This document shows, piece after piece, positions 9,776 through 19,642 of a DNA stretch of 64,000 nucleotides. Under the pieces are notes generated by a model that was given only the letters and a program-made list of their open reading frames with translations, made no database searches and was not told the DNA's origin. The DNA lies in IMG/VR virus record IMGVR_UViG_3300022690_000671, positions 1 to 64,000 of that record. One strand, given 5' to 3'. The position numbers and the translations under genes are program-made. Source of the stretch: a virus. Each line of letters opens with the position of its first letter. The stretch's first letter is position 1.

Positions 9776-9931
9776 ATGCCGAATTTCTATCATAGAATGC
9801 TGGGACCCATAAATCTTCTACTTTATCCTTTTGATACATTCGGGATTCCTTCAGGATTATCTGTACTATTGTTACATTCTGGAGGAGGATTACAGTTGCA
9901 TTCAGGTGGTTTTCTTCTTCTTCATCCATAG
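9776..9931 (+). CDS. small 51-aa virion peptide with LLLHSGG repeats
   Basis: MPNFYHRMLGPINLLLYPFDTFGIPSGLSVLLLHSGGGLQLHSGGFLLLHP; fills the gap exactly; below the ORF-track cutoff. Confidence 0.6.
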   Translation: MPNFYHRMLGPINLLLYPFDTFGIPSGLSVLLLHSGGGLQLHSGGFLLLHP

Positions 9932-9943
9932 ATTACAAAAAAT

Positions 9944-10993
9944 ATGTCTTCTCTACTTCCCGCACTTCCTGCACTTGCTGCATTAACAAGAGGCGATGTA
10001 TTTTTCGTCACGGAAGATCCTGGCGTTACTCCCGCTGATAAGAAAATAAACATCGAGATTCTTTTTGGAAATTTACCAAAACTAGACGACATCGTGTTTC
10101 AATCGGAGGTGGACTCGGCAGTTTTCTTGCAGGTATTCGATACGGCGGGGGCTGTCGTTTTAGCCGTAGATACGGTGAACAAGCGTCTTGGCGTAGGAGT
10201 TTTGCCTACCCAGGCTTTGGATGTTGTGGGAATTGGTAAGTTTTCGAGTGTTGTTGACTGTACATCAGTGCGTCAGGTTGCTAACCCAGGCAACCAGTTT
10301 CAGTTTAGTGCAAGTGAGGTTAGAATGATAGTAGGTAATGCGAACCTGGTTAATAGCAAGTCTACTGCGGTTCAGATAAATCTAACTGAAAATGATGTAG
10401 ATTTTGAGGTTCATTGGGATTCGGGAGTCGCTTTGTTTATGCAAGGATCGACGGGTGACTTGGGAATTGGTACAGTGGCTATGCCATCGGCTGGTGGAGG
10501 TAAGGTACTCGCTTTCGGTGATAATGCAGCCGATCCAACGATGGCTGCGAATACTGCCGGTTTCTACGGCAAAGACGTTTCGGGAACCGTGGAGGCATTC
10601 GCTATCGATGAGGCGGGTAATGCCGCCCAACTCACATCACATCCTCCGGACGCCCCATCGGCGTTTTACCTGCCAGGCGATAGGCTTCCGCCCTATATTC
10701 AAAAGTCTTTTAATATTTATATCGGCATACTCGACTGGCTCCGGCCTGATACGTCAGTACATCAATATGAAACCTTTATTGCCTACAATATGCGTAGATC
10801 GTTTGTCGAGGGGCACCCAGAGTTTATGGTTCAGTATGATTGGACCGAGCAACAGCAGATCCAGGTAGACCGCTCTGAGGCTGTACATGATGCCTGGTCC
10901 TCTGGTGATCAGAAGGGTCCGGAGCCCGAAATATATATTGCTCAGGAGCCGCCCCAGAGTCTTCAGAAGTATGGTATCGCTTTAGAAAATTAA
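9944..10993 (+). CDS. fibre/spike protein, paralog A
   Basis: VDTVNKRLGVG and GDLGIGT fibre repeats; N- and C-termini nearly identical to next gene. Confidence 0.7.
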   Translation: MSSLLPALPALAALTRGDVFFVTEDPGVTPADKKINIEILFGNLPKLDDIVFQSEVDSAVFLQVFDTAGAVVLAVDTVNKRLGVGVLPTQALDVVGIGKFSSVVDCTSVRQVANPGNQFQFSASEVRMIVGNANLVNSKSTAVQINLTENDVDFEVHWDSGVALFMQGSTGDLGIGTVAMPSAGGGKVLAFGDNAADPTMAANTAGFYGKDVSGTVEAFAIDEAGNAAQLTSHPPDAPSAFYLPGDRLPPYIQKSFNIYIGILDWLRPDTSVHQYETFIAYNMRRSFVEGHPEFMVQYDWTEQQQIQVDRSEAVHDAWSSGDQKGPEPEIYIAQEPPQSLQKYGIALEN

Positions 10994-11001
10994 AAAAAAA
11001 T

Positions 11002-12057
11002 ATGGCGTCTTCTCTACTTCCCGCACTTCCCGCACTTGCTGCATTAGCAAGAGGCGATATATTTTTCGTTACGGAAGATCCTGGTGGTGCCCCCACTGAT
11101 AAGAAAATAAACATCGAGACTCTTTTTGGAAATTTACCAAAACTCGACAACATCGTGCTTCAGTCAGAGGTTGATAGCGTAACGTTTCTTCAGGTTCTTG
11201 ACAACGATGGCGGGGTGCCTGTGCTGAACGTCGATACGTTGAATGAACGTGTTGGCATCGGCACGGCAGTACCTTTTCGTCAGCTAGATATTGAAGGGCT
11301 AACAGCCGTCGGTGGTGGGCACATGGCACTAATAACGGGAACGTCAGGGACAGGCGAGACTCTTGGTACGATCTCGTTTGGCAACGCCACTGACAATGCA
11401 CTATCGAGAGTCCGCGCTAGAGCAGACGGCGCGAATGACTCTGGTAAGCTTGAATTAATGACAAAGAACTTGGGCGGGGGATTTATTGTTAGACTAATCA
11501 TCAATTCTGATGGCAACGTCGGCATCGGCTCAATAACTTCACCATCGGCTGGTAGCGGTAAAGTACTTTACGTCGGCGACAATGCCGGAGATCCGACGAT
11601 GGCGGCGAACACCGCAGGTTTCTACGGCAAAGACGTTGCTGGGACTGTGGAGGCATTCGCCATCGATGAGGCGGGTAACGCCGCCCAGCTTACATCGCAT
11701 CCCGAAGATGCTCCACCGCAATATTATCGCGGTGTTACGGAGGATGAGATTCCGTCTTTTATCCGAAAATCATTTAACCTCTACATCGGTAAGATCGAGT
11801 GGTTTCGCTCGGATATTCCGCTCCGCAGCTACGAAACGTTTGCTGCCTACAACACGCGTCACGGTTTTACTGCGAGAGATCCTGGATTTCTAGTTCAGTA
11901 TGACTGGACCGAGCAACAGCAAATCCGGGTAAATCGCTCTGAGGCCGTACATGAGGCTTGGTTTTCTGGTGATCAGACGGACCCGGAGCCTGAAATATAT
12001 ATTGCTCAGGAGCCGCCCCAGAGTCTTCAGGATCGTGGCATCATCTTAGAAAATTAA
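11002..12057 (+). CDS. fibre/spike protein, paralog B
   Basis: NERVGIGT and GNVGIG fibre repeats; tandem paralog of 9944-10993. Confidence 0.7.
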   Translation: MASSLLPALPALAALARGDIFFVTEDPGGAPTDKKINIETLFGNLPKLDNIVLQSEVDSVTFLQVLDNDGGVPVLNVDTLNERVGIGTAVPFRQLDIEGLTAVGGGHMALITGTSGTGETLGTISFGNATDNALSRVRARADGANDSGKLELMTKNLGGGFIVRLIINSDGNVGIGSITSPSAGSGKVLYVGDNAGDPTMAANTAGFYGKDVAGTVEAFAIDEAGNAAQLTSHPEDAPPQYYRGVTEDEIPSFIRKSFNLYIGKIEWFRSDIPLRSYETFAAYNTRHGFTARDPGFLVQYDWTEQQQIRVNRSEAVHEAWFSGDQTDPEPEIYIAQEPPQSLQDRGIILEN

Positions 12058-12078
12058 AAAAAAACAGAAGGAAATGTC

Positions 12079-12312
12079 ATGAAGAACTCTTTGAAGTTAT
12101 CGGATAAAAATACACAAACGTTTCAAAAATTATTAGCAGAAAGAATACAAATAAGTTTTTCTGCTGTTAGTAATCAAGAAAAAATATATATTTTCTTAGA
12201 AACGGTTTTTAATTTTGAGGATATTGAAATAAGTAGTGTTAGTAATGTGGAACTTGAAGAAAATGTTTTGACTTGGGATACAAGTGATGAAAAGAGTGAT
12301 GAAAGAGAATAA
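12079..12312 (+). CDS. small protein, possible fibre chaperone
   Basis: 77 aa, follows fibre genes, GAAGG upstream. Confidence 0.45.
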   Translation: MKNSLKLSDKNTQTFQKLLAERIQISFSAVSNQEKIYIFLETVFNFEDIEISSVSNVELEENVLTWDTSDEKSDERE

Positions 12313-12334
12313 AATATTTTAATAACGATAGATT

Positions 12335-13033
12335 ATGGCTAATAGCATTTACGACGTACTATCTTATTACCCAGGTACAATGCAAGACAGTGACTTTGTC
12401 TTTGCATTTGAAGCGCCACGTTCTGTAAAATTTACAAGTGGCATCGGATTCGCAGAATTTCCTCCTACCGCCGCAGTAACGCTTCAAATTAATAAAAACG
12501 GATCCAGTGCAGGAACAATAGATATCACTACAGCCGCTGTTTTCACATTTAACCTTACTGGAGGCGAAGTCGTTTTGGCTGATGGTGACAAACTTACGGT
12601 TGAAGCGCCTTCGTCTGGAAATACTGTTTTAGGAAATGTCTCTATTACGTTCCTTGGTCAAGAAAACCCCGATGCAGCAGATGTATCGACGGTGTATGAT
12701 TTTTCGGGATACGCGTCAGAGTTGATCCTCCCTGCCGCAAGAATTATGCAGTGGCTTGTTGGTCAAAATGGTGTAACGGTCAATGGTGGTACTGGGACGG
12801 TAGAAGTAGGATCAAATGCCCCGGTAACATTCAACATAAGAACATTTATAGGAACAACTTTGACAACTGTTGGTATTATTTTGGTTAATGGTACTGTTGT
12901 GACCGTATCTATCAGCAGTTTTAGTCTGAGTCTTGGAAACCTACTTATTATAGAATCTCCTAGCGGCACAACTCCGGTTGATACCACACTTAAAGGTTTG
13001 GCTATAACATTCACAGCAACAAGAACAGCTTAA
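12335..13033 (+). CDS. virion protein with two tandem beta-sandwich repeats
   Basis: Two approx. 110-aa repeats (YD....Y ... G(D/N).L..E(A/S)P ... L....ITF). Confidence 0.65.
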   Translation: MANSIYDVLSYYPGTMQDSDFVFAFEAPRSVKFTSGIGFAEFPPTAAVTLQINKNGSSAGTIDITTAAVFTFNLTGGEVVLADGDKLTVEAPSSGNTVLGNVSITFLGQENPDAADVSTVYDFSGYASELILPAARIMQWLVGQNGVTVNGGTGTVEVGSNAPVTFNIRTFIGTTLTTVGIILVNGTVVTVSISSFSLSLGNLLIIESPSGTTPVDTTLKGLAITFTATRTA

Positions 13034-13034
13034 T

Positions 13035-13673
13035 ATGCCACTTGGATCATTACATATTATGCGGAGGGTATTTGATGTCCTTAATCAAAACCTACCTCCA
13101 ACAGTTACGCTTTGTAATGTTCAAGCTGCTGTACCCGGAAGTTGTGGTTTGGATATTAATTTGTGTGATGTGATACCTACCAAGACAACATCATCCATCC
13201 CCCCTGCGTCTGGTGGTCCTCCTGTAATAACAGTGGTTGATGTTGATATAGAACTTGATGTTGTCGCACCTCCAAATAATCCAATTGTGGTTATAGAAGA
13301 TGGTTCGTCTGATCCTAGTCCCTGGCCTGGAGGCACAACTAAGACCATTATTATCCAGGGAACTGAATCTGATGGGAGCCAGGAAATTGCAGATATCTTT
13401 TGGTTCAACAACACGTTTCCTATTGCCCCTGCTTCAGTTCAAGCCCAAGGATTTAGTGGATCCTGGGGAAATATCGCGACTACTGATATATCGGGAGGTT
13501 TAGGTCAAGCATTTAAAAATGTTACCACTGGCTTTACACAGAAACGTTGGGTTGTTACGTTCTTTATCCCTACTGGAACGACAACGGGTGTCTTTACAAT
13601 GGGGACAACCTTTATAGATAATGCAGCGTCTCCTCTAACAACAAATACAACGTTCAGTAGAACAATTACTTAA
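13035..13673 (+). CDS. putative virion protein (Ig-like, Cys-containing N-terminus)
   Basis: T/G/P-rich 212-aa ORF in structural operon. Confidence 0.55.
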   Translation: MPLGSLHIMRRVFDVLNQNLPPTVTLCNVQAAVPGSCGLDINLCDVIPTKTTSSIPPASGGPPVITVVDVDIELDVVAPPNNPIVVIEDGSSDPSPWPGGTTKTIIIQGTESDGSQEIADIFWFNNTFPIAPASVQAQGFSGSWGNIATTDISGGLGQAFKNVTTGFTQKRWVVTFFIPTGTTTGVFTMGTTFIDNAASPLTTNTTFSRTIT

Positions 13674-13676
13674 ACT

Positions 13677-14075
13677 ATGCCCTGCCCAGTACAAGGATCT
13701 CCTATTACAGTAAATCAGAGTGGCCTGACAAAAGTTGGTTTCACTCCTAATATTACAAGCGATATGATTGTAGTGTCAGGACTTGTTGCGCCTACGATTA
13801 GGGTATGGCTGGAGACGATTAAAACACTTACTGGTAGTGAAATAACCCACGGTCTCGGAAGCGGTACAGAGTTTCCTTCGTGGTTAAGTTCACTTGTAGG
13901 AACACCTGTACTTGATGCTGTTCTTAATACCTGGACGGCACCTGTCCAAATTACTATTGATTTTGCTCTTATGGACGAACAAAACACAGATTTTGTGAAT
14001 TTAGGTATTGATGTTGATGACAGTGTTAATAGTATCGTTCAGAAAATAATCTGTGTAGATTTCGTGCAGAACTAG
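13677..14075 (+). CDS. MPC-family adaptor domain protein (no propeller)
   Basis: Homologous by eye to the N-terminal approx. 130 aa of the next two genes. Confidence 0.6.
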   Translation: MPCPVQGSPITVNQSGLTKVGFTPNITSDMIVVSGLVAPTIRVWLETIKTLTGSEITHGLGSGTEFPSWLSSLVGTPVLDAVLNTWTAPVQITIDFALMDEQNTDFVNLGIDVDDSVNSIVQKIICVDFVQN

Positions 14076-14088
14076 ACTAAAAAAATAT

Positions 14089-15333
14089 ATGCCCTGCCCA
14101 ATACAAGGATGCACAGTTACAACAGGTACGGATAATCCTGTTAAAACATTTATCCCTACGTTGCCTGGTGCATTACAGAATCAATTTACTTTAGTCTCAC
14201 CTACAGGTGATGCTTTTCAGAATGTAGCCGTTACATTAGAAACGGTGAAGCAACAACTTATTGCTGAATCTACGGGTTTGGGACTTACGCCTACGTGGAT
14301 TACGTTTGTAATAGTCGATGAGCAGGTTATCGGTAGTAATCGTGTTGCTAATGTACAGATTAGTGTGGACGAAGACGCAATGGAAATTGCATTTCCCTTG
14401 ACCGAGTTTTTAAATATTCAGATTTCGGCGTCCAATGGATCTCAGACAACAATAAAAAGTTTTTGTTATACACCATCTACAGCTACAGATATATTTATTG
14501 TTATTCTGGCTAATGAGTCGAATGATAGATTCTGGACGTTTGATCCTGGGGATCCTGAAAATACGACTAATGAAATAATTCAACTGGGCGACGCAACAAT
14601 TACAGGGCGTCCGGCATATTCTTCAGCAACAGCTAAAATTTATTGGACAGACGAGAAGCCATCTCCTGGAACAATGTCGTTGCAAGAAATAAATGTGGAT
14701 GGTACCTCCCAAGCAGAGGTTGTTTCTATCGCATCAGGTTCATCTAGTGAAGATTCCAACTGTGCAGTAAATGGAGTATTTATAGGATATCATACTACCC
14801 AGAGAAAAGCATCTGTTAATGTCGATGGAACAGATCAACAAACTTGGAGTACGATAAGTAGTGGTTTTATAGATATAGCTCCAGCATTAGATACCCGAGA
14901 ATTCTGGTATGCTTCACTTAGTGGTTCGGATATAATTGAACGCCGCGTTTATGATACTGCGGGTACTATAAAAGAAACTGTCAATACAGGTGTAACTAAT
15001 CCCTCTGATCTTGCATCAGATCCTGCCAATGGAAACGTTTTTTGGATCAATAATGGCACTGATATTATAAATAAGATTGTTTTAGGTGGTGGATCTACTG
15101 CTGTATTCAAAGACGAAAGTGGAGCTAGATTATTCTTAGGTCTTATAGGAGTTTTGGACGGAAAACTTTGGGTCTTTCATGATGATGGGAACGGAGGATC
15201 CGATGTTTGGGTTGGTTCTTATGATCTCGTAACCGCAGTATTTACTGCGGCAGATAATAAACGAATAGATAACATAACTGATTTTTCAGGGAAACAACTT
15301 TTTCCTGGTTCCTCGGCCATATTTAGAGCATAA
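14089..15333 (+). CDS. MPC-family adaptor plus one YWTD-like beta-propeller (putative receptor-binding protein)
   Basis: Blade motifs KIYWTD, EFWYAS, NVFWIN, KLWVFH. Confidence 0.65.
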   Translation: MPCPIQGCTVTTGTDNPVKTFIPTLPGALQNQFTLVSPTGDAFQNVAVTLETVKQQLIAESTGLGLTPTWITFVIVDEQVIGSNRVANVQISVDEDAMEIAFPLTEFLNIQISASNGSQTTIKSFCYTPSTATDIFIVILANESNDRFWTFDPGDPENTTNEIIQLGDATITGRPAYSSATAKIYWTDEKPSPGTMSLQEINVDGTSQAEVVSIASGSSSEDSNCAVNGVFIGYHTTQRKASVNVDGTDQQTWSTISSGFIDIAPALDTREFWYASLSGSDIIERRVYDTAGTIKETVNTGVTNPSDLASDPANGNVFWINNGTDIINKIVLGGGSTAVFKDESGARLFLGLIGVLDGKLWVFHDDGNGGSDVWVGSYDLVTAVFTAADNKRIDNITDFSGKQLFPGSSAIFRA

Positions 15334-15336
15334 GTT

Positions 15337-17424
15337 ATGCCTTGTATTACACATCCATGCGACGTTGTAGTTGACACTCCAAGTGTTAATCAAACCGTGA
15401 TATTTGTTCCTACACCACCAGGTCAGTTTACATTTTCTGATCCTGACGCGGATACGTTTGTCAATCTTTTGGTATGGATTGCTGCTATTAAATATGTTGC
15501 TGATTCTTCTGATACTATTCTAGGACTAGGCAGCGGCCAGGAATTTCCTACGTGGTTAACATCACAGCTAATCAACGAACAGGTTATACTTGGAGTAAGA
15601 AATGCAAATCTTCAAGTTACAATAGATGAAAGCGGTTTCTCAAGCGGTAAAGCTGTAGAGTTTATTAGAATTGGTGTTAGAATAGGTGATGGTCAAAATC
15701 CAAATATCGATACTGAGTTTTGCTATACGCCGAGTACATTTATTACACCAGGAGCATTTGCCGTATTCGTTGATACAAACGACGACTTGATAATAGCTTC
15801 TAATCTTAACGATATTAACGGAAGTTCGACTATAATCATTAATACAGGAATAGTTGCGGGAAGACCGGGTTTTAATGTTCTGAATGACTTGATTCTTTAT
15901 GGTGTTAGAGACTCGGGAGGTATGCAAGATGTTTTCTCTATCAACAGAGCAGGGGGAGATAAAACTCTTGTCAGAAATTTAGGTGGTTTAGCTGAAGACG
16001 GGTTTGCGCTTGGATCGAAAGATGGGCGCGTTGGTACTACATCCACAAATGGGGTTCAGACGTTTGATCTTGTAGGAGGAGGTAATGTCACAGCCTATGA
16101 AACTATCAATGGTACTAGAACGGGTATGGAAATTACCCAAACTGGAGGAACAGAAGATATTTATTACACGTCGGGTGCTCTTGTCCATAAGGGTCAGAAC
16201 GGATCTTCCGTGGCATCTAAGGATGCTGGGCATGGTAATATTGACGACGGTTACATATTTCATGACGCAACAAATAATGAAGTCATCCTGGTTGCTAATG
16301 GCTTCCTGGTTGTTATGGACGATGCTCTGACTACCATAGCAATTGATGTTCTTCTAACGGCAACAATTGCTGCTCCTCAATGTGTTGGATATGACGACGC
16401 GTCAAGAGTGGCATATGTGTTTGGAGATGATATTGCCAATGCTTCGGCTAAGACTTTGTTTGAGGTAAGTAGAGACGGATTAACAATAACAGCAATATTT
16501 GATGCAACAGCCTCGGCCTTTACTGTCAAACAAAACTCACAGGGCGTCCACGCATTTTTGGTAATATCAGACGGTTGTGTTGCGTCTATTCCTTCCCAAA
16601 TTAGTCAAGAAGGTGGAAATGGAATCGTCTTCTTCGAGGAAAGTGTTGGTCTGCGTTGGTTTACGTTAGATGATCCTACGACCGTTACAACAATTACAGG
16701 AACACCAACGACTGGTATTGCTGCTAATAGCGTATTCTATGACTTTACTAATGATCGCGTCTACTACGTTAGAGCGGGGTCGCTTCGCTATATTAAGAGA
16801 ACTGGTGGGACAGAAATTACGATAGGGGTCGTAACTGGAACTCATACAGGACACGATATTACGAGAAGAGAAGTCTTTGTCGTTGATGATTCAGATGGCG
16901 GCGTTGATGTGTATAACATCGATACAGGTGCGCTTGTGTTATCTGCATTTACTGGAGAGACATCCAAATCTCAACAAGCTATTGAGTATGATCCAACCAC
17001 TGATGATTTTTGGTTGGGCGACAATACAGATGCGACGGACGAAATGCGTATAGGAGACCGACCTGACGCGACAGGTATCGTAGTGGCATTTAATCTCGAC
17101 AGTCAGGGCGGGGCATCCTGCGACGACTTTGCTATTAGTGGTATAAACCGAGAAATTTTCCGTGCTAGGGGAGCATCTATTGTTCGTCATGATGCAATTG
17201 ATACGACGGGCACAGATACCAGTATCAAAACCGGACTTCTTGGAGCCGGGGCCGTAGCTATAATTTTCAATCATGAAGATTCTTTAGTATATTACTCAGA
17301 ACAAGTTGGTGCAGGTGCCGCTTATAATATTCGAAGATTCACTCGAACAGGTACTTCTGATACTTTACTTTACGCTGGAGCATCGACAAATGTCATCTCT
17401 TCTATTTCATTCATTACAGTTTAA
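15337..17424 (+). CDS. MPC-family adaptor plus two beta-propellers (putative receptor-binding protein)
   Basis: Blade motifs DIYYTS, RVAYVF, RVYYVR, DFWLGD, LVYYSE over two approx. 280-aa halves. Confidence 0.65.
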   Translation: MPCITHPCDVVVDTPSVNQTVIFVPTPPGQFTFSDPDADTFVNLLVWIAAIKYVADSSDTILGLGSGQEFPTWLTSQLINEQVILGVRNANLQVTIDESGFSSGKAVEFIRIGVRIGDGQNPNIDTEFCYTPSTFITPGAFAVFVDTNDDLIIASNLNDINGSSTIIINTGIVAGRPGFNVLNDLILYGVRDSGGMQDVFSINRAGGDKTLVRNLGGLAEDGFALGSKDGRVGTTSTNGVQTFDLVGGGNVTAYETINGTRTGMEITQTGGTEDIYYTSGALVHKGQNGSSVASKDAGHGNIDDGYIFHDATNNEVILVANGFLVVMDDALTTIAIDVLLTATIAAPQCVGYDDASRVAYVFGDDIANASAKTLFEVSRDGLTITAIFDATASAFTVKQNSQGVHAFLVISDGCVASIPSQISQEGGNGIVFFEESVGLRWFTLDDPTTVTTITGTPTTGIAANSVFYDFTNDRVYYVRAGSLRYIKRTGGTEITIGVVTGTHTGHDITRREVFVVDDSDGGVDVYNIDTGALVLSAFTGETSKSQQAIEYDPTTDDFWLGDNTDATDEMRIGDRPDATGIVVAFNLDSQGGASCDDFAISGINREIFRARGASIVRHDAIDTTGTDTSIKTGLLGAGAVAIIFNHEDSLVYYSEQVGAGAAYNIRRFTRTGTSDTLLYAGASTNVISSISFITV

Positions 17425-18029
17425 TGGCGAACTTAAATAAAGACATATTAGAGACTGAAGTTAGACGCATACTCGACGAGTTTACACTCAGTGGAGAACT
17501 CGTTATTACAAGTGCTGATATGGAGGACGTTGCATCTAGTAACTTTGAATCTATTGATATTGGTAATGAACTCGATAGAGCGGCAAGATGGACCACCTCT
17601 CGTGTAAAGTCTACTCATTTGCCTAATCTTATTGTCGCATCATTAACTGTCCCCTTACGCGCTATACGTCTATTAGGAAGTCGTGTTACTTTTAATAGTT
17701 TAAATGCAAACAGACGAACATTTAACGGCGACCGAAAAATAGAGGTATCTGGTCGAGCAGCGACAGACGCTTTTCCTGTTTATATTTTCGAAGATGTAGA
17801 ATTTGAAATCCGTGGTGTCGCAAAAAATCCTAGTGGCGCAACAGCAGACTGGATTATTTATCCTCTACTTGTAAGTGAACTAACAGATATTTTCAGAAAT
17901 GCAGTTGTACAACGTACTGCTGCAATTCTGTTTTTGGTTCTAGGACAAGCTAGTACGGCTAAGATTGCATTTGAACAAGCTAATGCCGAAATTGAAAGAT
18001 ATCGTTTAATAAATTTACGCTCTACATAA
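17424..18029 (+). CDS. putative head-tail adaptor / tail ring protein, paralog 1
   Basis: Adaptor-like helical termini; shares SGRAA...FPVY..ED...EI with next gene. Confidence 0.6.
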   Translation: MANLNKDILETEVRRILDEFTLSGELVITSADMEDVASSNFESIDIGNELDRAARWTTSRVKSTHLPNLIVASLTVPLRAIRLLGSRVTFNSLNANRRTFNGDRKIEVSGRAATDAFPVYIFEDVEFEIRGVAKNPSGATADWIIYPLLVSELTDIFRNAVVQRTAAILFLVLGQASTAKIAFEQANAEIERYRLINLRST

Positions 18030-18030
18030 C

Positions 18031-18690
18031 ATGGCTATTTTAGTATCAGATATTATTGTTCAAATTAGGCGTAAGTTAGATCAACGTCCGTTGGAAAACG
18101 AGGATGTCCAAACGGATTCCGCTGTTATTGGATCTCCCTCGACTAATTTTGGGGATCTTAATTTGCTTACTCGTATTAATCATGCAGTTGTCTTCATTGC
18201 TAAACAGGTAAAAGCAATGCATATATCGGCGTCAATTTCCAACTACACCGGGCCTTTTCCTGATGTAGCAGCAAACGCCGATCTTTTAAGGCCGCTTTTT
18301 AGCCGAGTTTTTGCAAATACGATAAGAGCAACACAACGAAGCGTCGACCGACAACGTAGATTAGAAAATAGTGGCAGGGCCGCATCTGCAACTTTTCCAG
18401 TTTATACCTACGAAGATGGTAAACTGGAAATAACACCAAGTAGCGGAACTGATAATGCTTTTATCGTCATAGTTCCCACTATACTGACAACAACTAATCA
18501 GAACTTGGGAATTGATGAACGTTTTGAAGCGGCTGTTATTTGGCACGTTGTAGCTTCGTGTTATGAAACCATGAGACAAACTGATATGCATTCGGCATTT
18601 ATGGTTCTTTTTCAAGACGAGATTCAACCTTACTTGTTGGATAATAGGTTGGACAACGTGTTCGATGAGCGAGAAACGGCGACGGAGTAA
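18031..18690 (+). CDS. putative head-tail adaptor / tail ring protein, paralog 2
   Basis: IIVQIRRKLD...IN.A, IDERFEAAVIWHV adaptor-like pattern. Confidence 0.65.
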   Translation: MAILVSDIIVQIRRKLDQRPLENEDVQTDSAVIGSPSTNFGDLNLLTRINHAVVFIAKQVKAMHISASISNYTGPFPDVAANADLLRPLFSRVFANTIRATQRSVDRQRRLENSGRAASATFPVYTYEDGKLEITPSSGTDNAFIVIVPTILTTTNQNLGIDERFEAAVIWHVVASCYETMRQTDMHSAFMVLFQDEIQPYLLDNRLDNVFDERETATE

Positions 18691-18716
18691 ATTAAAAGAT
18701 TTAAAGGTTAGAAATT

Positions 18717-19373
18717 ATGAGTTGCCCTGTAGTTACTATTATCACCGGCATCATTGCTGTTGCCGATTTGAGAATCATAATGGGAGATCCTACGCTTGAT
18801 CAAGCTGAAATAGGATGGATGTCCAATGATATGTTATGTAACATCATTCAGGAACATCATGATGCATTAGTAGAAGAGACCGATCATATTATTGGGTCGT
18901 TGGTCATGGAAGGTCGTAGTCCTGGACCGCCGGAAGTTTTTGAAGTCGTGGCTTTTACAGATGCAAACTCAACAAACCATCCTAATATAGCCAATGCCGT
19001 TGTTGCGGCCACAAATTATCCCTGGTCCACTTTTGCATACGTTACTACAACTGGGGCAACTTTAGATTTTGATCCTGGTTTTCTTCGAACAGTAAAGACT
19101 TCTCCAGTAGGCGTTGTACGAAATAGATTTACACTTCAGGATAGAGAAATATTCTGGATCCCTGATGGTCTGGCCATTGAGATTTACTTACCTAATCTCA
19201 CACTTTTAAGAAACTTTCACGCATCAGGTGAAATGATTAGACGAACAAACGAGTCTATCAAACAAGATGCATTTAGAGCACTACAACGTCGCATTGCTGA
19301 AGGTGCTCGGCAAGAGGGTACGTTGTTCGAAACAGATCGCCAACTCGGTGAACTGGATGAATTTATTCAATAG
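18717..19373 (+). CDS. putative tail/adaptor protein
   Basis: 218 aa, similar size to the two preceding genes; weak similarity in FTLQDREIFWIP. Confidence 0.5.
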   Translation: MSCPVVTIITGIIAVADLRIIMGDPTLDQAEIGWMSNDMLCNIIQEHHDALVEETDHIIGSLVMEGRSPGPPEVFEVVAFTDANSTNHPNIANAVVAATNYPWSTFAYVTTTGATLDFDPGFLRTVKTSPVGVVRNRFTLQDREIFWIPDGLAIEIYLPNLTLLRNFHASGEMIRRTNESIKQDAFRALQRRIAEGARQEGTLFETDRQLGELDEFIQ

Positions 19374-19384
19374 GAGGTATTACC

Positions 19385-19630
19385 ATGAGTGAGACACGTT
19401 ATATCACAGTAGTCACAAACTTAAAGGTACAAGCTACATCCAGAAATGCAGCATTGAAACTTGCCAAAAAATATGTTAATATTAATACTGGACCTGGTGA
19501 TACAGTAACCCAAATCGAAGGTGAAACTACCTTTTATGATATGACAGATTCTCATACAGAAAATTATGAAGAAATCGAAGATGAGACCGAGGACGATGTA
19601 TTGAGAGAAACCGATAACTTTATCCAATAG
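19385..19630 (+). CDS. acidic small protein, paralog 1
   Basis: GGAGGT SD; N-terminus homologous to next gene. Confidence 0.7.
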   Translation: MSETRYITVVTNLKVQATSRNAALKLAKKYVNINTGPGDTVTQIEGETTFYDMTDSHTENYEEIEDETEDDVLRETDNFIQ

Positions 19631-19642
19631 AGAGGTATTACC

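Noticed and set aside
9944-12057. Diversity-generating retroelement (TR/VR pair) from the near-identical 3' ends
   Set aside because: Differences are not adenine-specific, both copies are full genes, and no reverse transcriptase is in the window
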